DNA of 64,000 nucleotides from Escherichia phage F2: sequence record NC_054913.1. One strand, given 5' to 3'. Of this stretch, positions 56,060-64,000 are shown one piece after another; position 1 is the first letter of the stretch, and every line of letters starts with the position of its first letter. Below the pieces are notes generated by a model, which made no database searches, was not told where the DNA came from, and saw only the letters and a program-made list of their open reading frames with translations. A program made the position numbers and the translations under genes.

Positions 56060-56085
56060 CCCCGACCGAAAGGTCGGGGTTTTTT
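56060..56085 (+). terminator. rho-independent terminator (GNRA loop) ending the tRNA/stable-RNA transcription unit
   Basis: ccccgacc-gaaa-ggtcgggg followed by tttttt. Confidence 0.8.
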
Positions 56086-56219
56086 GATATCTAGGCCTTT
56101 CTGGACCTCTCTAGGCATCATTTAGTTTATACCCTTTATAATATATTATCCTATCTTTTAATTGCCCCTCCCCGCCCTAGAATTCCCTAAAAACTTTTTA
56201 AAAATTTTTTCACAAAACT

Positions 56220-56249
56220 GTTTACATCCTTGTTCTTCCATGGTACTAT
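56220..56249 (+). promoter_or_regulatory. early sigma70-type promoter
   Basis: gtttac at 56220-56225, 18 nt, tactat at 56244-56249. Confidence 0.55.
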
Positions 56250-56292
56250 ACAACTATCAACTACTGATACAGAAAACAACTTGGAGAATGAA

Positions 56293-56556
56293 ATGGATAA
56301 TTACGGTGAGCTGTTCAACTTCTTTATGAAATGCGTTTCAGAAGATTTCGGTCGTACAGTGAATGATATTAAAGTTATCGGTCCTGACCATCCGATGTTT
56401 GAAACTTACGCAGTAATGGGTAATGAAGATGGTCAGTGGTATACTGTAAAGGTTGTGATTAACATGTTCACAGCAGAAGGTTATGTTAAACTGTCTTCTA
56501 AAGTTTACCACGATAACGACGAAATCGCAGAAGAATATTTCAATAATATGAAATAA
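56293..56556 (+). CDS. hypothetical early protein, 87 aa
   Basis: ATG at 56293 with GGAGAA RBS. Confidence 0.5.
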   Translation: MDNYGELFNFFMKCVSEDFGRTVNDIKVIGPDHPMFETYAVMGNEDGQWYTVKVVINMFTAEGYVKLSSKVYHDNDEIAEEYFNNMK

Positions 56557-56592
56557 GTTTACACAGGCTCATGATTGAGATATTATGAGCCT
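56557..56592 (+). promoter_or_regulatory. early promoter with inverted repeat (PeSL-like)
   Basis: gtttac at 56557-56562, 18 nt, tattat at 56581-56586; arms aggctcat at 56565-56572 and atgagcct at 56585-56592. Confidence 0.6.
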
Positions 56593-56611
56593 ATAACTTG
56601 AGGAAACTGTT

Positions 56612-57142
56612 ATGTCTCTTTATACTGAACTGAATGAAACTTCCGAAAAATCTTTTGATGGTATTTTATCAATAATGCAAAAGCAGGTATTAGAACAGCT
56701 TAGTGAAGCCGCAAGCAACGGACATAAGGCTTGTCGAATCCCAAGCCCACATCGTCGCCTGTATGAACGCCCTCTTATTAATTGGCTAGAAAGCGAAGGT
56801 CTTACGGTTAAGATTTGTCCTGCCAAATTTGATGTTCCACGTATTCTTAATATTTACTGGGATAAACCGATTGAGAAACCGATTGAGAAAAGTGACCCTT
56901 GGGTTGTTAATGTAAAAACATGTGATAATGGATGCTCACTTGAGGTGTCTGCTGTAATTAAAGGCACTCACGGTGAAAAATCGTGGGGTTGGCCTGGTAA
57001 AGATAAAGAAATCGTGTTAAGTGTAAAAGCTACTAGTATTAGTACTCCTATAGCTAAAAGCATTATTAATGCTGCTATCGATGAAGCTGAACGAATTTGT
57101 AAAATTAAAAATAGTTTACATCTCTCAAATAATGGGATATAA
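56612..57142 (+). CDS. hypothetical protein with a PIEKPIEK tandem repeat, 176 aa
   Basis: ORF with GAGGAAA RBS; 12-bp unit ccgattgagaaa repeated twice at 56867-56890. Confidence 0.55.
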   Translation: MSLYTELNETSEKSFDGILSIMQKQVLEQLSEAASNGHKACRIPSPHRRLYERPLINWLESEGLTVKICPAKFDVPRILNIYWDKPIEKPIEKSDPWVVNVKTCDNGCSLEVSAVIKGTHGEKSWGWPGKDKEIVLSVKATSISTPIAKSIINAAIDEAERICKIKNSLHLSNNGI

Positions 57143-57143
57143 T
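57114..57143 (+). promoter_or_regulatory. early sigma70 promoter with consensus -10
   Basis: gtttac at 57114-57119, 18 nt, tataat at 57138-57143; lies within the 3' end of the preceding ORF. Confidence 0.6.
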
Positions 57144-57185
57144 TCTTCCGCAGATTTTAAATCTCAATTAACCTAAGGAAATACT

Positions 57186-57779
57186 ATGAACACACTGAAG
57201 AAAATTGTTGAGTTTATTCGCACTAAACTTGGTTCTGCTATGGCTAAAAATCTATCTGTCGAAGAACAGTATACTGCTGCAGCAGCAAAACTTCTTGATA
57301 AAATTAAAGACCTAAAAACTGCTTCTGTTAAATCTATTAATGAAGAAAAACGTATTCGTGAACTTGTTATCGAAAAGAATCGACAAGCCGAATCAAAAGA
57401 GCGTGAAATTCGCAAACTTCTTTCCGAAGGTCAAGATGTAACAATGCATGCTAAGCTCGGTTTACTATATCGTCGAACAGCTGAGCAGTTGACTACTAAA
57501 GCTGATGGTTATGCTGAAATGCGAATTGAAATCGCCAAGAAAGTAGTTGAGTTAGATGATGCTCGCCAAGAACTTGCAGTTAAATTGGAATATATCCGTG
57601 AAACTCGTGCGGCAAATGCCCTTGGAATTAGTACTGCTGATGATGTAGTTGAAATCGCAGCACTGACTAAGGTTGATATTGAAGATACTCTTGCTCGAGT
57701 TGAAACCTTTAACGGTAATATTTCCGGGGTTGAAACTACCTCTGCCGATGTTCAGGAATACATTAATTCTCTGAAATAA
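57186..57779 (+). CDS. coiled-coil protein, possibly PspA/IM30-like, 197 aa
   Basis: Long charged heptad-rich helices resembling PspA architecture; assignment by pattern only. Confidence 0.45.
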   Translation: MNTLKKIVEFIRTKLGSAMAKNLSVEEQYTAAAAKLLDKIKDLKTASVKSINEEKRIRELVIEKNRQAESKEREIRKLLSEGQDVTMHAKLGLLYRRTAEQLTTKADGYAEMRIEIAKKVVELDDARQELAVKLEYIRETRAANALGISTADDVVEIAALTKVDIEDTLARVETFNGNISGVETTSADVQEYINSLK

Positions 57780-57783
57780 TGAT

Positions 57784-57801
57784 AAGGGGCTTCGGCCCCT
57801 T
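57784..57801 (+). terminator. UUCG-loop hairpin (terminator or RNA-stabilising element)
   Basis: aaggggc-ttcg-gcccctt; no clear U-tract. Confidence 0.4.
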
Positions 57802-57820
57802 ATACTTGGAGTAAATAGGA

Positions 57821-58435
57821 ATGAAAATGAAAATGCAAAGTGATTTCAATTCAATGTTTGAAGAGTTCCAAAGACAGGTTGATGTTCCAGACCAATTACT
57901 AAATGCTCTTAAACGTATGGCAGAAGGACGTAATTACTATTGGGGGTCTTCATATGAAACTGATGAAAGTCTTTCTGGAAGATTTTCTAGAGGTAAAAAG
58001 TCTTTAATACGTCCTGGAATACTCATTAACAGTATTGAATCAATTCATTCATTGACGTGTGATTTTGATGTTGAATTTACTGATTTCATTTCTCCTGAAT
58101 GGACGGTTTGTTATTTAAACGACGATTATGATTATCTTGGCGTTTATAGTTTAAGTGATGCATGGTTTAAACGTAATTTACAAAAGTCAAATTTGTTCTA
58201 TATTGATACTACGGTAAAATTTCAGGGAAAGAAATATTTCTTTACTCTTATAGTTGATTCTGAAACAAAATATGAAAATAAGCGTATTCTTAGTAAAAAG
58301 AATATCTTGACTATTGTTGATGATCTTTTTGATAAATTCGTGGAAAATCCTAATTTTGAAAGCGATTTATTACTAGAAAAATTTGTTAAGGAATGTAGAG
58401 AATATGTCAAAGCCATCACTATACCTTCCAAGTAA
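57821..58435 (+). CDS. hypothetical protein sharing a C-terminal FVKECRE tail with the downstream paralogs, 204 aa
   Basis: ORF; C-terminal codons contain the RBS of the next gene. Confidence 0.55.
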   Translation: MKMKMQSDFNSMFEEFQRQVDVPDQLLNALKRMAEGRNYYWGSSYETDESLSGRFSRGKKSLIRPGILINSIESIHSLTCDFDVEFTDFISPEWTVCYLNDDYDYLGVYSLSDAWFKRNLQKSNLFYIDTTVKFQGKKYFFTLIVDSETKYENKRILSKKNILTIVDDLFDKFVENPNFESDLLLEKFVKECREYVKAITIPSK

Positions 58436-58796
58436 ACCCGTGAAGTATGAACTAAAGCGTCAGCTAATTCCTACTGATGTATTAATAGGTCCTGTGGTAG
58501 CTGTATCATTTGTGATTCTGCTGATTGCTGGAATGGTTATAGACGTTATGACTGATATTGAATCTGGTGCAATATTTGGAGCAACACTAATTCTTCCATT
58601 AATAATTCCGCTTTTATTAGTACCTGTAAATTGGGTAGGATACTGGTATCAAGGAAGACATTATCGTAAACGCGTACGTGAGTGGAAAGCCCAGTGCAAA
58701 AAGATTAAAAAAGAACATCAGCTTAAACTTGCTGCGTATGAATTTGATGAAATTATGAAATTTGTTAAGGAATCACGATGCAAAAGCCAAAACTAA
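58404..58796 (+). CDS. small two-transmembrane protein, paralog 1 of 3, 130 aa
   Basis: ATG at 58404 with AAGGAA RBS inside the upstream gene; two hydrophobic helices, basic region, tail FVKESRCK. Confidence 0.6.
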   Translation: MSKPSLYLPSKPVKYELKRQLIPTDVLIGPVVAVSFVILLIAGMVIDVMTDIESGAIFGATLILPLIIPLLLVPVNWVGYWYQGRHYRKRVREWKAQCKKIKKEHQLKLAAYEFDEIMKFVKESRCKSQN

Positions 58797-59140
58797 ATAA
58801 AGTCAAATATTCGTTTCCTGAGGCACTATTAATTCTTGCTGTATCAGTATTTACAGCTCTTGCGGGTAGTCTTATTGGATTAATGATTGACTGTATTATT
58901 TTAAACATCGATGGTTCAGCAATTATAACAGAGGTTTGGAGTGAACTTCGTTTTACTATAGCGATTTCATTATTTTCATTCTTTGGTACCATGTTATATT
59001 TTCATTATGATAATTTTAAAATAAATTGGCAAAGAAAAAAGGATTACAAAATACAATTAAAAGAATATAATAACTACATGTCTTATATTGAAAATGAATC
59101 AATGAAAGAGTTTGTAAGTGATTGTAGGAAAATCAGATGA
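58778..59140 (+). CDS. small two-transmembrane protein, paralog 2 of 3, 120 aa
   Basis: N-terminus MQKPKL similar to paralog 1 (MSKPSL); two hydrophobic helices; tail FVSDCRKIR. Confidence 0.6.
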   Translation: MQKPKLNKVKYSFPEALLILAVSVFTALAGSLIGLMIDCIILNIDGSAIITEVWSELRFTIAISLFSFFGTMLYFHYDNFKINWQRKKDYKIQLKEYNNYMSYIENESMKEFVSDCRKIR

Positions 59141-59625
59141 TTTTAAAAACTCGCTGGTATGATTTAGATGATGGGGATGATGGCATTCCAGTTGATAGAG
59201 TTGACTGGAATGGCTGTTCCGAAGATATGAAAAATTTGCTGATTAGGGAGTTTAGAATGGGATATCAACCAGTTAAGCCATCTACTGCAACAGATGATAA
59301 ATTCGTGTGTATTCATAATGGTCGCGCTAAATTAACGAACGCTGATTGGTTCACAGATAAGATTATGATTCTGTGGTATATTATTAGTCTTCCTGTGACA
59401 TCATTCGTATTTTACTTTTTTATAAAAAATCCAATGGACAGAATAGGAGATTGGATTCTTTTAACCATACTTGTTAATATTTTTACAGCAGCAATATTAT
59501 CTGGGATATGGTACACGTTCATTGAAATGCCATGGCGGCTACGCAGACAACAAAAGATTTTTGATGAAAAGAAATATACTCAAAATTTAAATAACTTTAT
59601 CACTGAATGCAGGAAATTAAAATGA
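59137..59625 (+). CDS. small two-transmembrane protein, paralog 3 of 3, 162 aa
   Basis: ATGA overlap; two hydrophobic helices; tail FITECRKLK whose codons tgc agg aaa supply the nudE RBS. Confidence 0.6.
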   Translation: MILKTRWYDLDDGDDGIPVDRVDWNGCSEDMKNLLIREFRMGYQPVKPSTATDDKFVCIHNGRAKLTNADWFTDKIMILWYIISLPVTSFVFYFFIKNPMDRIGDWILLTILVNIFTAAILSGIWYTFIEMPWRLRRQQKIFDEKKYTQNLNNFITECRKLK

Positions 59626-60062
59626 AAACACTATCAGCTGGTATTATCTTTATGACCGAAGATAAAGATTTATTCATGGGACGGGTTACTGGTTCTCGTA
59701 AGCCTGGAATGATGGCACATCGCTGGGATATCCCAAAGGGCCGCGTAGAAAATTCTGATTTAAGCGCACTAGATGCAGCACGAAGAGAATGTTTAGAAGA
59801 GACTGGTTTTAGCAATTATAATCCAGACCTTCTAGAAGACCTAGGTGTATTTAAATATTCTAGTAATAAAGACTTACAGTTATTTTATTATACGATTCCA
59901 GTAGAGCATGAGATGTTTAGAAATTGCCATTGCGAGTCTTATTTTGAAAATAAAGATGGCGTTATGATTCCAGAGATGGACGCTTTTGCTCTTATTCCTC
60001 GTACTCAGTGGCAATATGTGATGGGTCCTTCACTTTACCGAATAATGAACAACCTCTTTTAA
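59622..60062 (+). CDS. nudE: NudE Nudix hydrolase (e.1), 146 aa
   Basis: Nudix box GRVENSDLSALDAARRECLEETGF; directly upstream of lysozyme as in T4. Confidence 0.85.
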   Translation: MKTLSAGIIFMTEDKDLFMGRVTGSRKPGMMAHRWDIPKGRVENSDLSALDAARRECLEETGFSNYNPDLLEDLGVFKYSSNKDLQLFYYTIPVEHEMFRNCHCESYFENKDGVMIPEMDAFALIPRTQWQYVMGPSLYRIMNNLF

Positions 60063-60593
<531 letters not shown>

Positions 60594-60597
60594 AGTT

Positions 60598-60637
60598 GTT
60601 TACTTTCTCCTAGAACTGTGATAGTATATTCACAGTT
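60598..60637 (+). promoter_or_regulatory. early promoter with inverted repeat (PeSL-like)
   Basis: gtttac at 60598-60603, 18 nt, tagtat at 60622-60627; arms aactgtga at 60614-60621 and tcacagtt at 60630-60637. Confidence 0.6.
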
Positions 60638-60670
60638 ACTAATTAAAATATTTACATTTAAAGGAAACAT

Positions 60671-61144
60671 ATGAAAACATATCAAGAATTTATTACTGAA
60701 GCAGCTATTAATTCTCAAATTATTGCTGAATCTTTTACTGATCTTTTGAAATTTAAAAAAGGACAGAAAATTACTGCTGTATTAGATGATGGTACAGAAG
60801 TTGAGATGGATGTACAGGGATATAATTATGCAGTAGATGGAAAACTGTATAATAAATCTCATGCTAAATTTGATTCATTTGATGATTTTGTTAATACAGT
60901 TGAAGATGAAAAAACTCGTCGATCCATTGCAACTGGTGATGCTAAGGTTCTTATGGCGCATGGGCATGAACGTATTCGCGCTAAACAGAATAAAATGGGT
61001 GAAGATAATTTCGCATTAGTTGGTTATCAATCTGGTAAACAAACTTATGGTTATCAGCGTACTGCTACCATGTATAATAAAAATGGTAAAATCGCTTTCG
61101 TGAATAGTAAAGGTTCTATTCAGTACGTTAAATCGTTCAAATAA
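60671..61144 (+). CDS. internal protein with capsid-targeting leader (IpII/IpIII-class variant), 157 aa
   Basis: N-terminus MKTYQEFITEA matches the T4 capsid-targeting sequence; position next to e as for T4 ipIII/ipII; length differs from T4 IpII (100 aa) and IpIII (194 aa). Confidence 0.7.
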   Translation: MKTYQEFITEAAINSQIIAESFTDLLKFKKGQKITAVLDDGTEVEMDVQGYNYAVDGKLYNKSHAKFDSFDDFVNTVEDEKTRRSIATGDAKVLMAHGHERIRAKQNKMGEDNFALVGYQSGKQTYGYQRTATMYNKNGKIAFVNSKGSIQYVKSFK

Positions 61145-61201
61145 CATGGGAACAACCTGGACCTCATGATTCTGTGAGGGATTCCCGCCAACCTGTAATA
61201 A

Positions 61202-61223
61202 GGTCGAGCCCAAGTGCGGTAAT
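61202..61223 (+). pseudogene. tRNA 3'-end remnant (T arm plus acceptor) related to tRNA-Asn
   Basis: ggtcgagcccaagtgcggtaat versus ggttcgagtccaagtgcgccagtaat at 54561-54586; no matching 5' half upstream. Confidence 0.45.
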
Positions 61224-61285
61224 GGGTAAATACAGAAATGGACAATTCATGCGCCATGGAATGGCCCAAATTTAGAGAGAATAAA

Positions 61286-61828
61286 ATGAGAACATTTTTA
61301 ACTGGTCCTTATCTATCCCTGATGAATGCTTTTACACACCATTCTGATGCTAGAGTAGAAGAAATTTGTAATAGTGGATTTTATGTACCTGATTCGTCGC
61401 ATTTATTTAAAGAATATTGTACACTTCGTTTAGATGGTGGCAGACAATCTGGTAAATCAACTGCAGTAACTAATTTTGCCGCTAATTGGTTGTATGATGG
61501 TGGAACAGTTATTGTTCTTTCTAATACTTCAGCTTACGCTAAAATTTCTGCGGGCCGCATTAAAAAAGAATTTTCTCGTTATTCTAGCGATGATATTCGA
61601 TTCCGTTTATTTACTGATTCTGTCCGTAGTTTTGTTGGTAATAGAGGTAGCAAGTTCAGAGGTTTATCGCTTTCTCGAATTTTGTATATAATCGATGAGC
61701 CTGTTAAATCTCCTGATATGGATAAAATTTACGATATTCATATTGAAACTGTGCACCACTGTTGCAATAGTAAATGCTGCATTGGTGGTATTACTCGTCC
61801 TCAATTTTTTGTGATTGGAATGCAATGA
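61286..61828 (+). CDS. P-loop NTPase-like hypothetical protein with C-terminal Cys cluster, 180 aa
   Basis: Walker A GGRQSGKST, Walker B-like ILYIIDEP, HHCCNSKCC; start set at the ATG at 61286. Confidence 0.5.
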   Translation: MRTFLTGPYLSLMNAFTHHSDARVEEICNSGFYVPDSSHLFKEYCTLRLDGGRQSGKSTAVTNFAANWLYDGGTVIVLSNTSAYAKISAGRIKKEFSRYSSDDIRFRLFTDSVRSFVGNRGSKFRGLSLSRILYIIDEPVKSPDMDKIYDIHIETVHHCCNSKCCIGGITRPQFFVIGMQ

Positions 61829-62133
61829 TGACCACTATTGAAGTTTTTGAGTATTGTTATAACAGTCCAGTATGCAATAAAAGGGCTCTTGTAGAAAATT
61901 ACGAGATTTACCATTTTAAACCTAAACGATATCGTTTGACTAAAGGTCCATTCGCAGGTCAGCAGGTTCTTTGTACTGCTCCTAATGCACGGCTAATGAA
62001 TAAAATTCCATATTTTACCATGGAATTTATTGATGGACCTTTTAAAGGATTAATTACGCAAAGTTTAATGGCATATGATTCTGAGCCATTTTTAATTAAA
62101 GAACAATCTTGGATAAATTTATTTTCTAATTGA
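61825..62133 (+). CDS. hypothetical protein, 102 aa
   Basis: ATGATG start overlapping the upstream gene; no motif recognised. Confidence 0.5.
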   Translation: MMTTIEVFEYCYNSPVCNKRALVENYEIYHFKPKRYRLTKGPFAGQQVLCTAPNARLMNKIPYFTMEFIDGPFKGLITQSLMAYDSEPFLIKEQSWINLFSN

Positions 62134-62140
62134 GGTTTAT

Positions 62141-62503
62141 ATGAAAGCATATCAAATTCTTGAAGGTGCACATAAAGGCACTATTTATTTTGAAGACGGT
62201 ATTCAAGCCCGGATTATTGTCTCTAAGACTTTTAAAGAAGACGATATTGTAGACCCGGAAATTTTCTACGGTTTGAATGCTCGTGAAATTGAAATTGAAC
62301 ATCAACCTAAAGTTAAAATTGAAGGTGGTCAACACCTGAACGTTAACGTTCTGCGTCGTGAAACTCTGGAAGATGCAGTTAAGCATCCTGAAAAATATCC
62401 GCAGCTGACCATCCGTGTATCTGGTTATGCAGTTCGCTTTAACTCTCTGACTCCGGAACAGCAGCGCGACGTTATCGCTCGCACCTTTACTGAGAGTCTA
62501 TAA
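62141..62503 (+). CDS. autonomous glycyl-radical cofactor (GrcA/YfiD-like), 120 aa
   Basis: C-terminal 60 aa carry the glycyl-radical motif RVSGYAV and end in TFTESL, matching E. coli GrcA as I recall it; T4 is reported to encode such a homolog (Y06I). Confidence 0.8.
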   Translation: MKAYQILEGAHKGTIYFEDGIQARIIVSKTFKEDDIVDPEIFYGLNAREIEIEHQPKVKIEGGQHLNVNVLRRETLEDAVKHPEKYPQLTIRVSGYAVRFNSLTPEQQRDVIARTFTESL

Positions 62504-62727
62504 TGGCTAAATTGATTATAGAAGGGTCCGAAGATGTTTTAAAATGTTTTGCCGCCTGGTTTAGTTGCTCAGGCGAGCAATCATTCATTGAAGCATTTAG
62601 AACGGGTGATATTACTGGAAAATATCCGACAACTGATATCACTGTACGCGGATATGGTATTAATGAGCCTATCCAATTGGTTGAATATGACCTTGCCACC
62701 GATGAGGAAATTCCTTATGTCGATTGA
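62503..62727 (+). CDS. hypothetical protein, 74 aa
   Basis: TAATG overlap with the upstream gene. Confidence 0.5.
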   Translation: MAKLIIEGSEDVLKCFAAWFSCSGEQSFIEAFRTGDITGKYPTTDITVRGYGINEPIQLVEYDLATDEEIPYVD

Positions 62728-62983
62728 AGACATCAAAGGCTACAAGCCACATACCGATGATAAAATCAGTAAAGTGAACGCTATTAAAGACGCAGAAGTC
62801 CGTCTTGGATTGATGTTTGATGCTCTGATTGAAGAAGCATATATCTTGAAAGAAAATGAATCAGAGCAACAAACCAAAGAAGATATGGATGCAGTGCAGG
62901 CTCTTAAGTATGCTAAGCAACATCTAAAAGAAGCCAGCATGTGGGCATGCCGTGCGGTATTTCGACCAGAGGAAAAATACTAA
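62717..62983 (+). CDS. hypothetical protein, 88 aa
   Basis: ATG at 62717 with GAGGAA RBS; the ORF track extends upstream in frame. Confidence 0.5.
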   Translation: MSIEDIKGYKPHTDDKISKVNAIKDAEVRLGLMFDALIEEAYILKENESEQQTKEDMDAVQALKYAKQHLKEASMWACRAVFRPEEKY

Positions 62984-63282
62984 TGGCTCAAATCCTATCA
63001 GGCTTTGGAACTCATTATGAAGCATCTCGACGCATAACTGAAAGCAATCCTTTTGGCCTTGTTCCGAAGCACAAGAAAATTCAAAGCCTTGATGACTTTG
63101 AGAATCGCCTATGGGCCCTCTTTAATGAGTACAAGGCATATCTGAAAGAAGACGCTGACGATTGTCTTGAAGAAGATGAGATTGCGTATTACGAACAACG
63201 CCTTGAACAGCTCAAGAACTTCCACCAGGTTCGTGACGAAGTATCTAAAGCAGTTAAAAAGTTAATTCCTTTCAAAGAGTAG
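62983..63282 (+). CDS. hypothetical protein, 99 aa
   Basis: TAATG overlap; acidic helical protein. Confidence 0.5.
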   Translation: MAQILSGFGTHYEASRRITESNPFGLVPKHKKIQSLDDFENRLWALFNEYKAYLKEDADDCLEEDEIAYYEQRLEQLKNFHQVRDEVSKAVKKLIPFKE

Positions 63283-63330
63283 TTTACTTCTCCTCTAGTT
63301 GTGTTACTATAGACCTGTCAACTAGAGGAG
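63282..63330 (+). promoter_or_regulatory. early promoter embedded in a 12-bp-arm inverted repeat (PeSL-like); the 3' arm carries the regB Shine-Dalgarno
   Basis: gtttac at 63282-63287, 17 nt, tactat at 63305-63310; arms ctcctctagttg at 63290-63301 and caactagaggag at 63319-63330. Confidence 0.65.
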
Positions 63331-63339
63331 AAATCAAAA

Positions 63340-63786
63340 ATGACTATCAATTCTGACGTTTTTATCCGCCGTAATAAACTCCGTCGAATCTTTGAAACGG
63401 AGTTCCGCAAAATAAATGCCGGTATAAAAGATGCTGCAAAGTCTCTTGGACTACCAGGCTTTCATATCAAGTATTCTCAACATCTCTTAGATCGTGCTAT
63501 CCAGAGAGAAATAGATGAGAACTACGTTTTTGAATTATTTCGTAAAGTAAAAAATCATGTTAAAGAAGTTGCAGAATTTTTATCAATGCCGGCACGTCCA
63601 GATGTTGATGAAGATTTTGTCGAAGGTGTCGAATATCGTCCAGGCCGTTTAGAAATAACTGATGGAAATCTTTGGCTAGGACTTACAGTTTGTCGCGAAA
63701 ATCCAGCATTCATTCAATGCAGAATGGCTATTATTAACAGTAAACGACTACCAGGAAAAGCTTCTAAAGCAGTGATTAAAATCTAG
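63340..63786 (+). CDS. regB: RegB sequence-specific endoribonuclease, 148 aa
   Basis: Recognisably T4 RegB (MTINSDVFIRRNKLRR...CRMAIINSKRLPGKASKAVIKI). Confidence 0.85.
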   Translation: MTINSDVFIRRNKLRRIFETEFRKINAGIKDAAKSLGLPGFHIKYSQHLLDRAIQREIDENYVFELFRKVKNHVKEVAEFLSMPARPDVDEDFVEGVEYRPGRLEITDGNLWLGLTVCRENPAFIQCRMAIINSKRLPGKASKAVIKI

Positions 63787-63794
63787 AGGTAAAC

Positions 63795-64000
63795 ATGAGA
63801 AAAGCACTACTCGCTGGTCTATTTGCTCTTTCGTTATCAGCACATAGCTCCGAGCATACTTTTAGTAATGTCCAACTCGATAACTTGAATTATGCTTATC
63901 AGTTTGGGGAACAGTTTTCTAAGGATGGAAAATTTAAAACGCATGAAAATATGCATAAGAAAGGACTTGGATACATAATGGCCGCAATACTATGGCAGGA
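63795..64000 (+). CDS. secreted or periplasmic protein with signal peptide, N-terminal part only; runs off the window
   Basis: ATG at 63795 with GAGGT RBS; MRKALLAGLFALSLSAHS signal-peptide-like N-terminus. Confidence 0.5.
   Translation, partial: MRKALLAGLFALSLSAHSSEHTFSNVQLDNLNYAYQFGEQFSKDGKFKTHENMHKKGLGYIMAAILWQ

Noticed and set aside
62341-62503. Captured fragment of host pyruvate formate-lyase rather than a gene
   Set aside because: The ORF is intact with its own start, sits in an operon-like array, and has the size of an autonomous GrcA-type cofactor

Overview
This window is a contiguous segment of a T4-like (Tevenvirinae) myovirus genome, syntenic with phage T4 but not identical to it. 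Gene calls rest on recognisable protein sequences and T4 gene order; T4 protein lengths and sequences quoted are from memory, not a database search. Left to right: the 3' end of DNA ligase (gene 30), alt, the baseplate hub block (54-48-29-28-27-51 on the minus strand, 26-25 on the plus strand), uvsY and uvsW, inh-hoc-rnlB, the head module (24, 23, 22, 21, 68, 67, 20), tail, terminase and neck genes (19, 18, 17, 16, 15, 14, 13), wac, the baseplate wedge genes (12 to 5, 53), then 4-2-3-1-57A-57B. The right-hand 12 kb is an early, hyperplastic region: an internal-protein gene, small membrane-protein genes, three tRNAs, a putative stable-RNA locus, nudE, lysozyme e, a second internal protein, a GrcA-like glycyl-radical protein and regB. 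Signals visible in the sequence include TATAAATA late promoters, two MotA-box middle promoters, at least nine early promoters (GTTTAC, 17-18 nt spacer, TAcTAT-like -10) most embedded in inverted repeats (PeSL-like cassettes), and many tetraloop hairpin terminators at gene junctions. Differences from T4 as I recall it: three free-standing homing-endonuclease genes in the late region, a non-GIY-YIG endonuclease overlapping tRNA-Arg, a short Hoc, a reduced tRNA set with a tRNA 3'-end remnant 6.6 kb away, and a tandem array of small membrane-protein paralogs. I find no CRISPR array, integrase or recognisable defence operon; the candidates for something new are small accessory genes in the early region, and none is demonstrated from sequence alone.
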